This document shows positions 39,242 to 49,134 of a stretch of 64,000 nt of DNA, piece by piece. Within the stretch, counting starts at the first letter, position 1, and each line of letters starts with the position of its first letter. The translations under genes and the position numbers were made by a program. Where the stretch lies: positions 3,264,001 to 3,328,000 of the forward strand of contig OY759746.1 in the NCBI GenBank assembly GCA_963662795.1, written 5' to 3'. Below the pieces are notes generated by a model. The model did no database searches and was not told where the DNA came from. It saw only the letters and a list, made by a program, of their open reading frames with translations. Source of the stretch: Spirochaetia bacterium (GTDB lineage Bacteria; Spirochaetota; Spirochaetia; CADAEX01).

Positions 39242-40566
39242 AATCATTAAAAACTTTTCCAAAAGGTGGTGTTCATCCCGGTGATTTTAAGGATTTGACA
39301 AATAAAGAGCCTATCCGGAATGCGGCAATCAAAGATAGTTTTATCATCCCGATGTCGCAGCATATTGGCGCACCTTGCGAATGCCTTGTCAATCCCGGGG
39401 ATGAAGTCAAGGAGGGGATGCTTATAGGCAAAGCTTCGGGTTTTATATCTGCAAATATTCACTCTCCGGCACCGGGAGTTGTTAAAGAAATCACTGATAT
39501 TTTTCTCGCAAACGGATTAAAGGCAAAAGCTGTAGTACTCGAGCCTTCAGGATATTTTGATCAGCTTGGGAAAAATATTGTTCCCGCTGACTGGAACAGC
39601 CTTACTGCCAAAGAACTTCAGGAAAAAATATTTAATTCCGGTATAGTCGGGCTTGGCGGAGCTACTTTTCCTTCAAATGTAAAGTATATGATACCGCCGG
39701 ATGCAAAAGTGGAAGCTCTTGTCATTAACGGAGTGGAATGTGAGCCTTATCTTACCGCAGACCACAGGCTGATGCTGGAAAAAAGCGCTGAAATATTTAA
39801 AGGGCTTGAAATACTGCAGAAAGTATTGAATCCGGACAAAATATTTATAGGCATTGAAGCCAATAAACCTGATGCGATTGATATTATGGGCAATCTTGCT
39901 CAGGAATCAGGCGGAAAGATAGAAGTAGTACCTTTGAAGCTTAAATATCCCCAGGGTGATGAAAAGCAGCTTTTAAAAGCAATAACAGGCCGTGAAGTCC
40001 CATCCGGCAAGCTTCCCATAAATATCGGGGCTGTTGTTTCCAATGTAGGAACTGTCTTTGCCATATATGAGGCTGTCGTTCTCAATAAACCTCTTTATGA
40101 AAGAGTTGTAACTGTAACCGGCAGGGGCATTAAAAATCCTTCCAATCTGAAAGTCAGAGTCGGCACCAAAGTCAGGGATCTGATAGAAGACTGCGGAGGA
40201 GTCACTGATGATACTGTAAAACTTGTCATGGGCGGCCCGATGATGGGCTTTACAATGTGCAGCCTTGATACACCGGTAACAAAAGGAACCTCAGGCATTC
40301 TTGCCCTTACAGAAATGGAAATCGGAAAAAGCGTACAGACTGCCTGCATAATGTGCGGCAGATGTGTAAAAGTGTGTCCGATAGGGCTGGTTCCAACAAA
40401 GCTTTATAAAAACATAACACACCGCAGATATCAGGATGCAATGCATATTAACCTTATGGACTGCAAGGAGTGCGGTTGCTGCGCATATGTGTGCCCTGCA
40501 AATATTCCTCTTGTTCAGGGTATGAGGCTTGGGAAAAAAATGGCTAATAAAAAGGTGAAATCATGA
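39238..40566 (+). CDS. rnfC: Rnf complex subunit C
   Basis: GGVHP, QHIGAP, GLGGATFP, ECEPYLTAD, YPQG, two ferredoxin motifs. Confidence 0.97.
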   Translation: MKSLKTFPKGGVHPGDFKDLTNKEPIRNAAIKDSFIIPMSQHIGAPCECLVNPGDEVKEGMLIGKASGFISANIHSPAPGVVKEITDIFLANGLKAKAVVLEPSGYFDQLGKNIVPADWNSLTAKELQEKIFNSGIVGLGGATFPSNVKYMIPPDAKVEALVINGVECEPYLTADHRLMLEKSAEIFKGLEILQKVLNPDKIFIGIEANKPDAIDIMGNLAQESGGKIEVVPLKLKYPQGDEKQLLKAITGREVPSGKLPINIGAVVSNVGTVFAIYEAVVLNKPLYERVVTVTGRGIKNPSNLKVRVGTKVRDLIEDCGGVTDDTVKLVMGGPMMGFTMCSLDTPVTKGTSGILALTEMEIGKSVQTACIMCGRCVKVCPIGLVPTKLYKNITHRRYQDAMHINLMDCKECGCCAYVCPANIPLVQGMRLGKKMANKKVKS

Positions 40567-41651
40567 GCGATGAAAAGGTCTTTCTTGTAGCATCTTCTCC
40601 CCAAATCCACCATGCGGATTCAACTTCACGGATTATGCTTGATGTAATTATCGCGCTGATTCCTGCAGGTATCTGGGGTATTTACGCATTCGGCAGCAGG
40701 GCTCTTTTGGTTATTGCTGTTTCAATAATTGCTTCAGTTTTAACGGAATATTTCATGTGCCGGATTATTAAAAAAAACACACTTGGCGATTATACCGCTG
40801 TTATAACCGGACTCCTGATAGGTTTTAATATGCCCTCCGGTGTTGCCCTTTATGTGCCTGTTGTTGCATCGGTTTTTGCAATAGCTGTTGTAAAGTGGAC
40901 TTTCGGCGGGCTTGGCACCAACCTGATGAATCCGGCGCTGGCAGGAAGGGTTTTTGTTTTTTTCTCCTGGACAGGGACAATGACAAAGTGGAGTTCTCCT
41001 GTCGCAACCAGGGCAATTGACACCCTTTCCGGCGCTTCCCCTTTAGGATATCTAAAGACTTCACTGCTGGATATTACAGGCAATATCTCCGGTCCTATTG
41101 AAGTCCTTGCTACTTATCCAAGGAGCGGTTTCAGCCTGTCAATGTCTGACTGGTTTGCTTCCGCGCTGGGTGTGAGGATTGATCCTGTATATTATGATCT
41201 TTTTTTCGGCAATATACCGGGGTGTATCGGCGAAGTTTCCGCGTTTCTCCTTATTGCCGGGGCAATATATCTTTTTGTCAGAAAAGTAATAACATGGGAA
41301 ATACCTGCGGCGTACCTTGTTTCCTTCAGTTTTTTTATATGGATGTTTGACGGACTCAGATTCGGAACAGGTTTTTTCAGCGGAGATATCTTCTTTCACC
41401 TTTTTTCCGGCGGACTTATGCTGGGCGCTCTTTTTATGGCAACAGATATGGCAACATCTCCGTTAAGCGGGAAAGGGCAGATTATATTCGGTATCGGATG
41501 CGGTTTCCTTACATTCCTTATAAGGGTATACGGGTCATTTCCTGAAGGAGTATCCCTTGCAATTATAATCATGAATATTTTTACAGCAATGATTGACAGG
41601 CTGACAAGCCCCAGACTTTTCGGGTTTGTGAAAGAAGGAAAGGCAAAATGA
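40563..41651 (+). CDS. rnfD: Rnf complex subunit D
   Basis: SSPQIH, FGGLG, NPAL, SGASPL, GCIGEVS, FMATD. Confidence 0.97.
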   Translation: MSDEKVFLVASSPQIHHADSTSRIMLDVIIALIPAGIWGIYAFGSRALLVIAVSIIASVLTEYFMCRIIKKNTLGDYTAVITGLLIGFNMPSGVALYVPVVASVFAIAVVKWTFGGLGTNLMNPALAGRVFVFFSWTGTMTKWSSPVATRAIDTLSGASPLGYLKTSLLDITGNISGPIEVLATYPRSGFSLSMSDWFASALGVRIDPVYYDLFFGNIPGCIGEVSAFLLIAGAIYLFVRKVITWEIPAAYLVSFSFFIWMFDGLRFGTGFFSGDIFFHLFSGGLMLGALFMATDMATSPLSGKGQIIFGIGCGFLTFLIRVYGSFPEGVSLAIIIMNIFTAMIDRLTSPRLFGFVKEGKAK

Positions 41652-42205
41652 AAAATATTCTTTTGATAGGTCTTAAATTGACAATAATCTGCGCAGTTGC
41701 AGCTTTATTACTTGCCATGGTAAATGCGGCTACAGCACCAAGAATTGCAAATTTAAAAATCCAGGCGCTTGAGGAAGCGCTATCCGTGATAAACAGCACA
41801 GGTAAACCTGGAAATGAGATATTGATAGACGACAGTATAGTTAAAGGTTATTACCCGGTAATACTTGAGAACGGGGAAAAGGTTAGCTATATCCTTACTC
41901 TTAGAGGCGATGGTTATGCAGGAGATCTTAAAATTCTTGCGAATTATGAAAAATCAGGCAAACTTATTGCATGTATCCTGATGGATAACCAGGAAACACC
42001 CGGGCTTGGAAAAGAAGCGGAAAAAATTGAATACATGAATAAATTCATCGGAACCGGTTCAGACAAACCTGTCCCGGTAAAAAAAAGCCAGCTGCCGTCC
42101 GAAGAAGCTGACGCAATAGGGGGCGCTACCATAACATTTACAGGCATTGCAAAAGCGCTTGAATATGGTTCAGGCTTTATTGAAAAGATAGGAGATCAGC
42201 CGTGA
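41648..42205 (+). CDS. rnfG: Rnf complex subunit G
   Basis: ETPGLG, DAIGGATIT. Confidence 0.93.
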   Translation: MKNILLIGLKLTIICAVAALLLAMVNAATAPRIANLKIQALEEALSVINSTGKPGNEILIDDSIVKGYYPVILENGEKVSYILTLRGDGYAGDLKILANYEKSGKLIACILMDNQETPGLGKEAEKIEYMNKFIGTGSDKPVPVKKSQLPSEEADAIGGATITFTGIAKALEYGSGFIEKIGDQP

Positions 42206-42813
42206 TAAAGGAACTGACTAAAGGTATTTTCAGGGAAAACCCCATATTTATCATTGTTCTGGGGCTGTGCCCTGCACTTGGTGTCTCAGGTAAAGTAATA
42301 AATGCGCTTGGTATGGGAGCAGGTGTTATATTTGTTCTTTTAAGTTCAAATATCCTGGTTTCGCTGCTCAAGAATTTTATTCCCGACAAGGTTAGAATAC
42401 CTTCATACATTGTAATCATTGCTTCATTTGTAACTATAGTTGAAATGGTTATGCAGGCTTATTCGCCTGTCCTGTATAAAAATCTTGGAGTTTTTGTCCC
42501 CCTGATTGTTGTAAACTGTGTAATTCTTGGGAGGGCCGAAGCTTTTGCCAATAAAAACAGCCTTCTGCCTTCGATATTCGATGCAATAGGGATGGGAACT
42601 GGTTTTACACTTGGACTGCTTTTAATTGCTCTGATCAGGGAAACACTTGCTTCAGGGACTATAACGCTATTCAGGATAGGAAGTTTCAACGGGATAATAA
42701 CAATCCCCGGACTTGTTGATTCGCCGGTGAGAATTTTCGGAATGGCAGCAGGAGCTCTTCTTGTTATGGGTTACCTTAAAGCGTTTTTCAACTGGTACAC
42801 AACAAGAAATTAG
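42202..42813 (+). CDS. rnfE: Rnf complex subunit E
   Basis: ENP, LGLCPAL, VRIP, LIVVNCVILGRAEAFA. Confidence 0.96.
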   Translation: MIKELTKGIFRENPIFIIVLGLCPALGVSGKVINALGMGAGVIFVLLSSNILVSLLKNFIPDKVRIPSYIVIIASFVTIVEMVMQAYSPVLYKNLGVFVPLIVVNCVILGRAEAFANKNSLLPSIFDAIGMGTGFTLGLLLIALIRETLASGTITLFRIGSFNGIITIPGLVDSPVRIFGMAAGALLVMGYLKAFFNWYTTRN

Positions 42814-42821
42814 GAGGGAAT

Positions 42822-43412
42822 ATGTCGTATATCGGAATAATAATAACTTATGTATTTATAAGTAATTTTATATTGACGCAGTTTCTGGGATTGTGTCCGT
42901 TTATCGGTGTTTCGAAAAATGTTGAATCTGCTGTCGGTATGGGTTTTGCCGTCACATTCGTTATGGGGCTGGCATCGCTTGTAACCTGGGCGATTCAGTT
43001 TTACATACTTGCGCCGCTTAACGTTGTTTTTCTCCAGACAATAACGTTTATTCTTGTTATTGCCGCACTTGTTCAGTTTGTAGAAATGGTTATACAGAAG
43101 ATAGCTCCTCCGCTTTATAAGGCGCTTGGAATCTATCTTCCCCTGATTACTACGAACTGTGCCGTGCTTGGTATTGCCCTTATTTCAGTGAGAAGCAGCT
43201 ATAATGCCATTGAAAGCTTTCTTGCCGGTATATCCGGGGGACTCGGGTTTTTGCTTGCAATACTGATTATGTCCACTATCAGGGAAAAACTGGATTCTGA
43301 AGATGTCCCGAAATTTTTTAAAAATATACCAATAGCGTTTATCACCGCAGGACTGATGTCGATGGCTTTTATGGCATTTGACAAAGCTCTGCTTAAAAAC
43401 CTGATAGGATAA
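42822..43412 (+). CDS. rnfA: Rnf complex subunit A
   Basis: FLGLCPFIGVS, LGIYLPLITTNCAVLG. Confidence 0.96.
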   Translation: MSYIGIIITYVFISNFILTQFLGLCPFIGVSKNVESAVGMGFAVTFVMGLASLVTWAIQFYILAPLNVVFLQTITFILVIAALVQFVEMVIQKIAPPLYKALGIYLPLITTNCAVLGIALISVRSSYNAIESFLAGISGGLGFLLAILIMSTIREKLDSEDVPKFFKNIPIAFITAGLMSMAFMAFDKALLKNLIG

Positions 43413-43424
43413 CTGGAGTCTGTA

Positions 43425-44225
43425 ATGTTTAACACAATTCTATATGCTTTTATCTCAGTTTCTCTTCTTGGGGCTTTTTTCGGCATAGGCCTTGCAATAG
43501 CTGCAAAATATCTGTATGTCAAAAAAGAAAAAAAACTGACAGACCTTGAAGAGGCGCTTCCAGGCTATAACTGCGGAGCATGCGGTTATGCAGGCTGTGC
43601 AGCCTATGCCGAGGCGATATTTAATGGAATAGCAGCAAATATTACCCTTTGTTCACCGGGAGGCGCAGAAACAGCACAGAAAGTGGCGGACATAATGGAA
43701 GTAACCATTGATGTCTCTCATGAAAAGAAAGTTGCCTTTGTTCATTGCAAAGGAGGTAAAAATACAGCCAAATACGCTTTTGAATATAAAGGAATTACAG
43801 ACTGCAATGCTGCTTACAGCATGTATCAGGGTAATAAAGTCTGTAAATACGGCTGTCTCGGACTGGGAAGCTGTATCCGTGTGTGTCCGGTTGATGCCAT
43901 AGCCTATGATAATCAGGGATTGGTCGTTGTAGACAAGGAAAAGTGCATATCCTGCAACCAATGTGTTACTGTATGCCCTTCCGGAGTCATGAAAATGATT
44001 CCATATTCTGCAGATTATGTCGTTGCCTGTAATTCAAAAGATAAGGGCGCAGTTACAAGAAAAGCTTGCACAGTTGGCTGTATAGGTTGTAAAATGTGTG
44101 AAAAGAAGTCGCCGGACGGCGGTTTTAAGGTTGAAAATTTTCTGGCCGAGATAGATTACAGTGCAAACGGGGAACGGAAAAATGCTGCCGATGCCTGTCC
44201 TGTAAAATGCATTGTGACAAACTGA
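43425..44225 (+). CDS. rnfB: Rnf complex subunit B
   Basis: LPGYNCGACGYAGC and multiple ferredoxin motifs. Confidence 0.96.
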   Translation: MFNTILYAFISVSLLGAFFGIGLAIAAKYLYVKKEKKLTDLEEALPGYNCGACGYAGCAAYAEAIFNGIAANITLCSPGGAETAQKVADIMEVTIDVSHEKKVAFVHCKGGKNTAKYAFEYKGITDCNAAYSMYQGNKVCKYGCLGLGSCIRVCPVDAIAYDNQGLVVVDKEKCISCNQCVTVCPSGVMKMIPYSADYVVACNSKDKGAVTRKACTVGCIGCKMCEKKSPDGGFKVENFLAEIDYSANGERKNAADACPVKCIVTN

Positions 44226-44279
44226 CAAAAGCGGAAATTTTATTCTTTAAAAGACAGTTAAAAATAAAGCAGAGAATGG

Positions 44280-46046
44280 ATGAATGAAAAAAATTTAATA
44301 ATAGGCCTTTCCTCAATGAATCTTGCTGATTCTGAACAGGAGGCTGAAGAAAAATATCAAAAAGTATATAAACCTTTCCTTAGAGAACTATATAATTTCC
44401 CCGAAATTAAAGCAGTGCTTCATTTTTCGGGTGTACTGCTTGAATGGTTTAATGATAAACATCCGGAAGTACTCATGTTGCTGGAAGAACTTGTTAAAAA
44501 AAGAAAACAGGTCGAGATTTTAGGCGGCGGCTTTTATGAACCGCTTTTCCCAATGCTTTCTGCCCAGGACCGGAGCGGACAGCTGGAGGCTCTTACAACA
44601 CTGCTGAGAAAAAAATTCGGCAAACGGCCGAGAGGCTGCTGGATTCCGGGCAACTACTGGGACAATTCGCTTATTCTTCCCATAAAAAACAGCGGTATGG
44701 ATTATATATTTCTTGATTATGATTTCATTGATACCGGAATTGAAAATAATGGCGATATATACAGTACTTTCATAACCGAAGACAGCGGTAAGCTGATAAA
44801 TGTATTTCCTGTTCATGCTGCTCTTGCTTCATTGGATAGTTCAGATGTAAACAGCTATATTGACATGCTTAAAATCAGGGGAAACGGAGAAAATTCAATT
44901 ATTTCCCTGATATTTTCAGACACTGATATCGAGAAAAAATCAGAAAAATGGTTTGAAGATTTTTTTTTACAAATCAAAAGCGACAGGGATCTTAACATAA
45001 CCAGTCCTTCATTGTATCTTAAAAAGATCCAAAAATATTCCAAAGTTTATATACAGAATTCTGATTATTATAAAAAAATATTTTCCGACTGTTACTACAT
45101 CAATCTTTTATACGCAAGGATGGTTCATGTACAGACGCTGATTAACCAGATACGCGGGGACAAGTATAAAAAAAAATCTGCAGTAGAATCTCTCTGGGCT
45201 GGACAAAATTTTTTTTCATATACTATCAATCATTTTAAAGAAGACGACATAACCGGAAAAATGCAAAACAGGGCAAAGACATACAGGAATCTGATTGAAG
45301 CCGAGATCCTTACCCGCCAGAAAGGGGTCTTTATCCCCTCACTTTTTAAAAGTGATTTTGATATGGACGGGTTTGATGAATTCCTCTATCTGGGTGAAGA
45401 TTACAATACATTTGTCCATCTTGAGGGGGGAGCAGTTTTTGAACTGGACTCCCTTAAAGATAAATGGAATTACTGCAATATTGTTAATTATTCAGAAAAC
45501 TGCAACAGCTTTAAAAAAAGCTGTTGTGATTATTTTGTTGATAATGATAAAGAGTTTAACTCTATACAGGAATTTATTGATTTTGACATAGCCGGTATTA
45601 CTGAAAAGGAATACAGCATTAATAGTTTTGAACGTGAACAGAAAACACTATCCATGTCTATCAGGGTAAAAAACAGTGAAAAACCTTTTTCGTTTAAAAT
45701 GGTAAAGCAGTACCGTTTTTTGAAAAAGAAATTCGATGTTTCATACAGCATTATCAATACCGGATCTACAGTAATTAATCATAAATTCGGGGTAAATATT
45801 CTTTTATCACTTTGTTACAGCAATGGCGATGACAGAAAAAATAAAATAAAAAAAACATCCAATAACATACAATTGGAGGACTCAATTTCAGGTATATTAA
45901 TTAAATCAGACAGGGATGCGGATATCTATCAGGAAGAGGAATGTAAAAACGGTATTTACTGCTATACTTCTGTCATGCCGGTATGTGATATTATCTCACT
46001 TGAACCGGGAAAGTCATGGGAAAACAGGATAGAAATTAAAGTCTAA
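44280..46046 (+). CDS. GH57 alpha-amylase/4-alpha-glucanotransferase-like protein, catalytic motifs degenerate
   Basis: YKPFL, LHFSGVLLEW, EILGGGFYEP, GKRPRGCW, DFDMDGFDE. Confidence 0.8.
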   Translation: MNEKNLIIGLSSMNLADSEQEAEEKYQKVYKPFLRELYNFPEIKAVLHFSGVLLEWFNDKHPEVLMLLEELVKKRKQVEILGGGFYEPLFPMLSAQDRSGQLEALTTLLRKKFGKRPRGCWIPGNYWDNSLILPIKNSGMDYIFLDYDFIDTGIENNGDIYSTFITEDSGKLINVFPVHAALASLDSSDVNSYIDMLKIRGNGENSIISLIFSDTDIEKKSEKWFEDFFLQIKSDRDLNITSPSLYLKKIQKYSKVYIQNSDYYKKIFSDCYYINLLYARMVHVQTLINQIRGDKYKKKSAVESLWAGQNFFSYTINHFKEDDITGKMQNRAKTYRNLIEAEILTRQKGVFIPSLFKSDFDMDGFDEFLYLGEDYNTFVHLEGGAVFELDSLKDKWNYCNIVNYSENCNSFKKSCCDYFVDNDKEFNSIQEFIDFDIAGITEKEYSINSFEREQKTLSMSIRVKNSEKPFSFKMVKQYRFLKKKFDVSYSIINTGSTVINHKFGVNILLSLCYSNGDDRKNKIKKTSNNIQLEDSISGILIKSDRDADIYQEEECKNGIYCYTSVMPVCDIISLEPGKSWENRIEIKV

Positions 46047-47305
46047 TAGGATAAAAGAATTTTATCCAGCCAGACCCTTGATTCCGGATAAAAACTTTCT
46101 GAAGATTTCAAAAACTCAAAAAATGCATATTCCGGTCTGTCGAGAAAATAATAAGACTGTCCCAGATAGAATGATACTCTGTTTTTAAGAGATTTGCGTT
46201 CCGATGTCCTTGAAAGGTCAAGGAGATTTTTAACGCTTTCCTGCCAGTTCCTTTTAAGGAAATATTTTTCAATAATGACAGATAACCTGATCTCTTCGGC
46301 GGTTTTTCCATTTTTAACAGTTTTTTCCGGCATTTCAAGAGTCACTGGAATGAGTTCCTCAGTATTGATATTGTATCCTGATATCAGTAAATCAATTTTA
46401 TTTTTTGTTGAATCAGATATTTTTTTAAAAGAAATATTGTATTCCGGGCCTGCCGTTTTTATCCTGCTGCCGGTTTCAAGGTAATTGTTGATTTTAAATC
46501 CAGGCAAAGGCTCTGCCCTTAAAGCGGAAAGATTTGATTGCTTCTCCTGCCCGGGCGTTAATGCTATTTCTGCCGCGCTTAAAGTTGTATTTTCAAATGG
46601 TATTAATTCGGCGTTTAGATTTTTTAGCAATTCAGCATCAATTACACAGTAATAATACGGAACTCCCGGAATGGGATAATCAGTGTAGCTTTTCCGGTAT
46701 GAAGGAATAATATTAAGTATTGTTGAAGACAGGATATCTTCCCTGCCGAATATGGGTTCAATATGTCTGAGGACGGCAAGATACCTCTCAGGTGAATCAG
46801 CGTTGAAATCAAGAAAAATTGAATCTTTAGCCGCAGCTGCTGTCAGATATCGGACCGAGGCAGTGTTTTCTCCTATCTTATCAATGGATTTTATTGAAAC
46901 CGGTTTTAACGTTATATTCCGGTAAGGGAGGAAGATGTCAAAAATATTGCCTTCCTTATTCTTTGCAATGACTGCATAATAAAAATCAGTGTTATTTATC
47001 GTACTGTCTGAATAATTTTCAGCACCCTGAGGAATTTCATCTACAAGAAACGCATCTGCAAAATTATTCCTGTTTATTTCTTCAGTATGCCTGTATATTA
47101 GATATGTACCGTCAATGTCTCTTGAATCTTTCCATGTAATATTTATCAGTGAATTGCTTTCTACTGCTTTTAATCTTGAAATAAAAGGAGCAAAAACAAA
47201 GTTTTCTTCGCAAGGTGCACCAGGCTGGAGAAGAAGAATCAGCAGAAGTGAAAAAAAGCCTATAATTGTGTATTTTTTCTTTGATTTAAAGAATGATTTC
47301 ATCAT
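46043..47305 (-). CDS. Hypothetical exported protein (FN3-like repeats, C-terminal TPR)
   Basis: Signal peptide; ITWKD..YLIYR..YYAV pattern twice; FYLGQSYYF. Confidence 0.65.
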   Translation of the reverse strand: MMKSFFKSKKKYTIIGFFSLLLILLLQPGAPCEENFVFAPFISRLKAVESNSLINITWKDSRDIDGTYLIYRHTEEINRNNFADAFLVDEIPQGAENYSDSTINNTDFYYAVIAKNKEGNIFDIFLPYRNITLKPVSIKSIDKIGENTASVRYLTAAAAKDSIFLDFNADSPERYLAVLRHIEPIFGREDILSSTILNIIPSYRKSYTDYPIPGVPYYYCVIDAELLKNLNAELIPFENTTLSAAEIALTPGQEKQSNLSALRAEPLPGFKINNYLETGSRIKTAGPEYNISFKKISDSTKNKIDLLISGYNINTEELIPVTLEMPEKTVKNGKTAEEIRLSVIIEKYFLKRNWQESVKNLLDLSRTSERKSLKNRVSFYLGQSYYFLDRPEYAFFEFLKSSESFYPESRVWLDKILLSY

Positions 47306-47386
47306 TATATATTATATCGGCTTGTGGTTTTATTACCCATAGTAAAAGGGTTTGACAACAGTAAAAATATATTTAAACTATGTAAT

Positions 47387-47656
47387 ATGTTTGTATCTGT
47401 AACCTATGATCTTTCGTCTGATGACACTCTGAACAAGGTAAGGGAAATCCTTATTTTTTACGGATTTAAGGAAGTGCTTAAAAATGTGTTTGAATCTGAG
47501 TCAATCAGGGATAATACATTAAAAAAATTAAAAAGAGATATCGACAGGGTTACAGACCATTTTGACAAGGTTAGATTTTATCAATATCCTTATGAGGAAT
47601 TGTTTGCCATAACAATGCTGGAAAAAAAGAAATGGAAAAGAATGCTGCTTAAATGA
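47387..47656 (+). CDS. Cas2/VapD-like small protein (orphan)
   Basis: MFVSVTYDL...VREILIFYGF..VLKNVFE...DKVRFY, about 89 aa. Confidence 0.75.
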   Translation: MFVSVTYDLSSDDTLNKVREILIFYGFKEVLKNVFESESIRDNTLKKLKRDIDRVTDHFDKVRFYQYPYEELFAITMLEKKKWKRMLLK

Positions 47657-47664
47657 GGAAATAA

Positions 47665-48766
47665 ATGTTAATAGATTATCAGGTCCCCTTAAACAAAATT
47701 ACCAATGAAATAACTCAATCCTGGAGGCATCTTTGACCCGGATATCAGAAAAAAAGAGATTGAAGAATTAGAGAGAAAAACCTATGACGAAGGATTCTGG
47801 GAAGACCGCAAGGAAGCTGAAATCACCCTTACAAAGCTTAAAAGGATTAAAGACGCTTTTCGGCCGTGGGAAAATCTTGTAATTGAATCAGACGATTTAA
47901 AAGAGCTTTTTGAAATGGCCCTGGCCGAGAAAGATGAATCACTTGAAAAAGGGATTGCGGAAAGCATTAAAAGCATTGAAGAAAAATATGCAGAACTTAA
48001 AACCATACAGCTTCTCGGCGATGAAATGGATAATGCGGATGCTTTTATAACAATTCACTCAGGAGCAGGCGGAACAGAAGCCTGCGACTGGGTAAGCATG
48101 CTTTACCGGATGTATACAAGATGGACAGAACGGAAAGGTTTTGATATCGAAGTAATTGATATGCTTGAAGCGGAAGGGGGACTTAAGTCTGTTACTGTAC
48201 AGGTTAAAGGCAGCTATGCCCACGGCTATTTAAAAGGTGAGTCAGGAATCCACAGGCTTGTCAGGATTTCCCCTTTTGACTCAAATGCCAGAAGACACAC
48301 CTCTTTTGCCTCTGTTTATATATCGCCTGTGATAGAAGATGATATAAATGTGGAGATAAGGCCGGAAGATCTAAGGGTAGATACCTACAGGGCATCCGGT
48401 GCCGGCGGACAGCACATAAACAAGACAGACTCCGCGATAAGGATAACACATCTTGAAACAGGAATTGTAGTACAATGCCAGACAGAGAGAAGCCAGCATA
48501 AAAACAGGGCAAATGCCATGAAAGTCCTCAAGTCAAAGCTTTATGAGTATTACAGGCAGAAGCAGGATGAAGAAAATGAAAAATACAGTCAGGAAAAGAA
48601 AGATATTGCGTGGGGAAGCCAGATAAGATCCTATGTTTTTCAACCCTATACAATGGTAAAAGATCACAGGACAAAACACGAAATAGGCAATATTCAGGGT
48701 GTTATGGATGGAAATATTGATCCGTTCATTGAGGAATATCTAAATTTTATATGGAAAAATAAGTAA
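47665..48766 (+). CDS. prfB: Peptide chain release factor 2 with programmed +1 frameshift
   Basis: ATG 47665; GGAGG-CAT-CTT-TGA-C at 47723-47737; the +1 frame has GAGGTEACDW, SPF and GGQ. Confidence 0.97.
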
Positions 48767-48768
48767 AA

Positions 48769-49134
48769 ATGAAATCCGGTGTATTAATTGTTGATGATCT
48801 GCAATTTGTCAGAATTTCAATTAAGGAAGTACTTGAGAAAGAAGGAATCCCGATAGCAGGGGAAGCTGCCGATGGCATGGCCGCGCTTGAGCTGTATGAG
48901 AAAACAAAGCCGGATATTGTACTCCTTGACATTACAATGCCTGTGATGGATGGATTAAGCGCGTTAAAATTCCTCAAAGTAAGATATCCTGAATCAAATG
49001 TAATCATGTGTTCTGCGCTCGGACAGCAGAAATACATAATCAGGGCTATTCAGCTTGGGGCTTCAGATTTTGTAGTGAAACCTTTCAAGCCGGAAAGACT
49101 CATCAGCTCTATCCTGAAAACCCTGAGGGGTTAA
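48769..49134 (+). CDS. CheY-like single-domain response regulator
   Basis: LIVDD, LLDITMP, CSALGQ, FVVKPF. Confidence 0.9.
   Translation: MKSGVLIVDDLQFVRISIKEVLEKEGIPIAGEAADGMAALELYEKTKPDIVLLDITMPVMDGLSALKFLKVRYPESNVIMCSALGQQKYIIRAIQLGASDFVVKPFKPERLISSILKTLRG

Noticed and set aside
47324-47656. CRISPR-Cas locus suggested by the Cas2-like gene
   Set aside because: No repeat-spacer array, cas1 or other cas genes seen in the window
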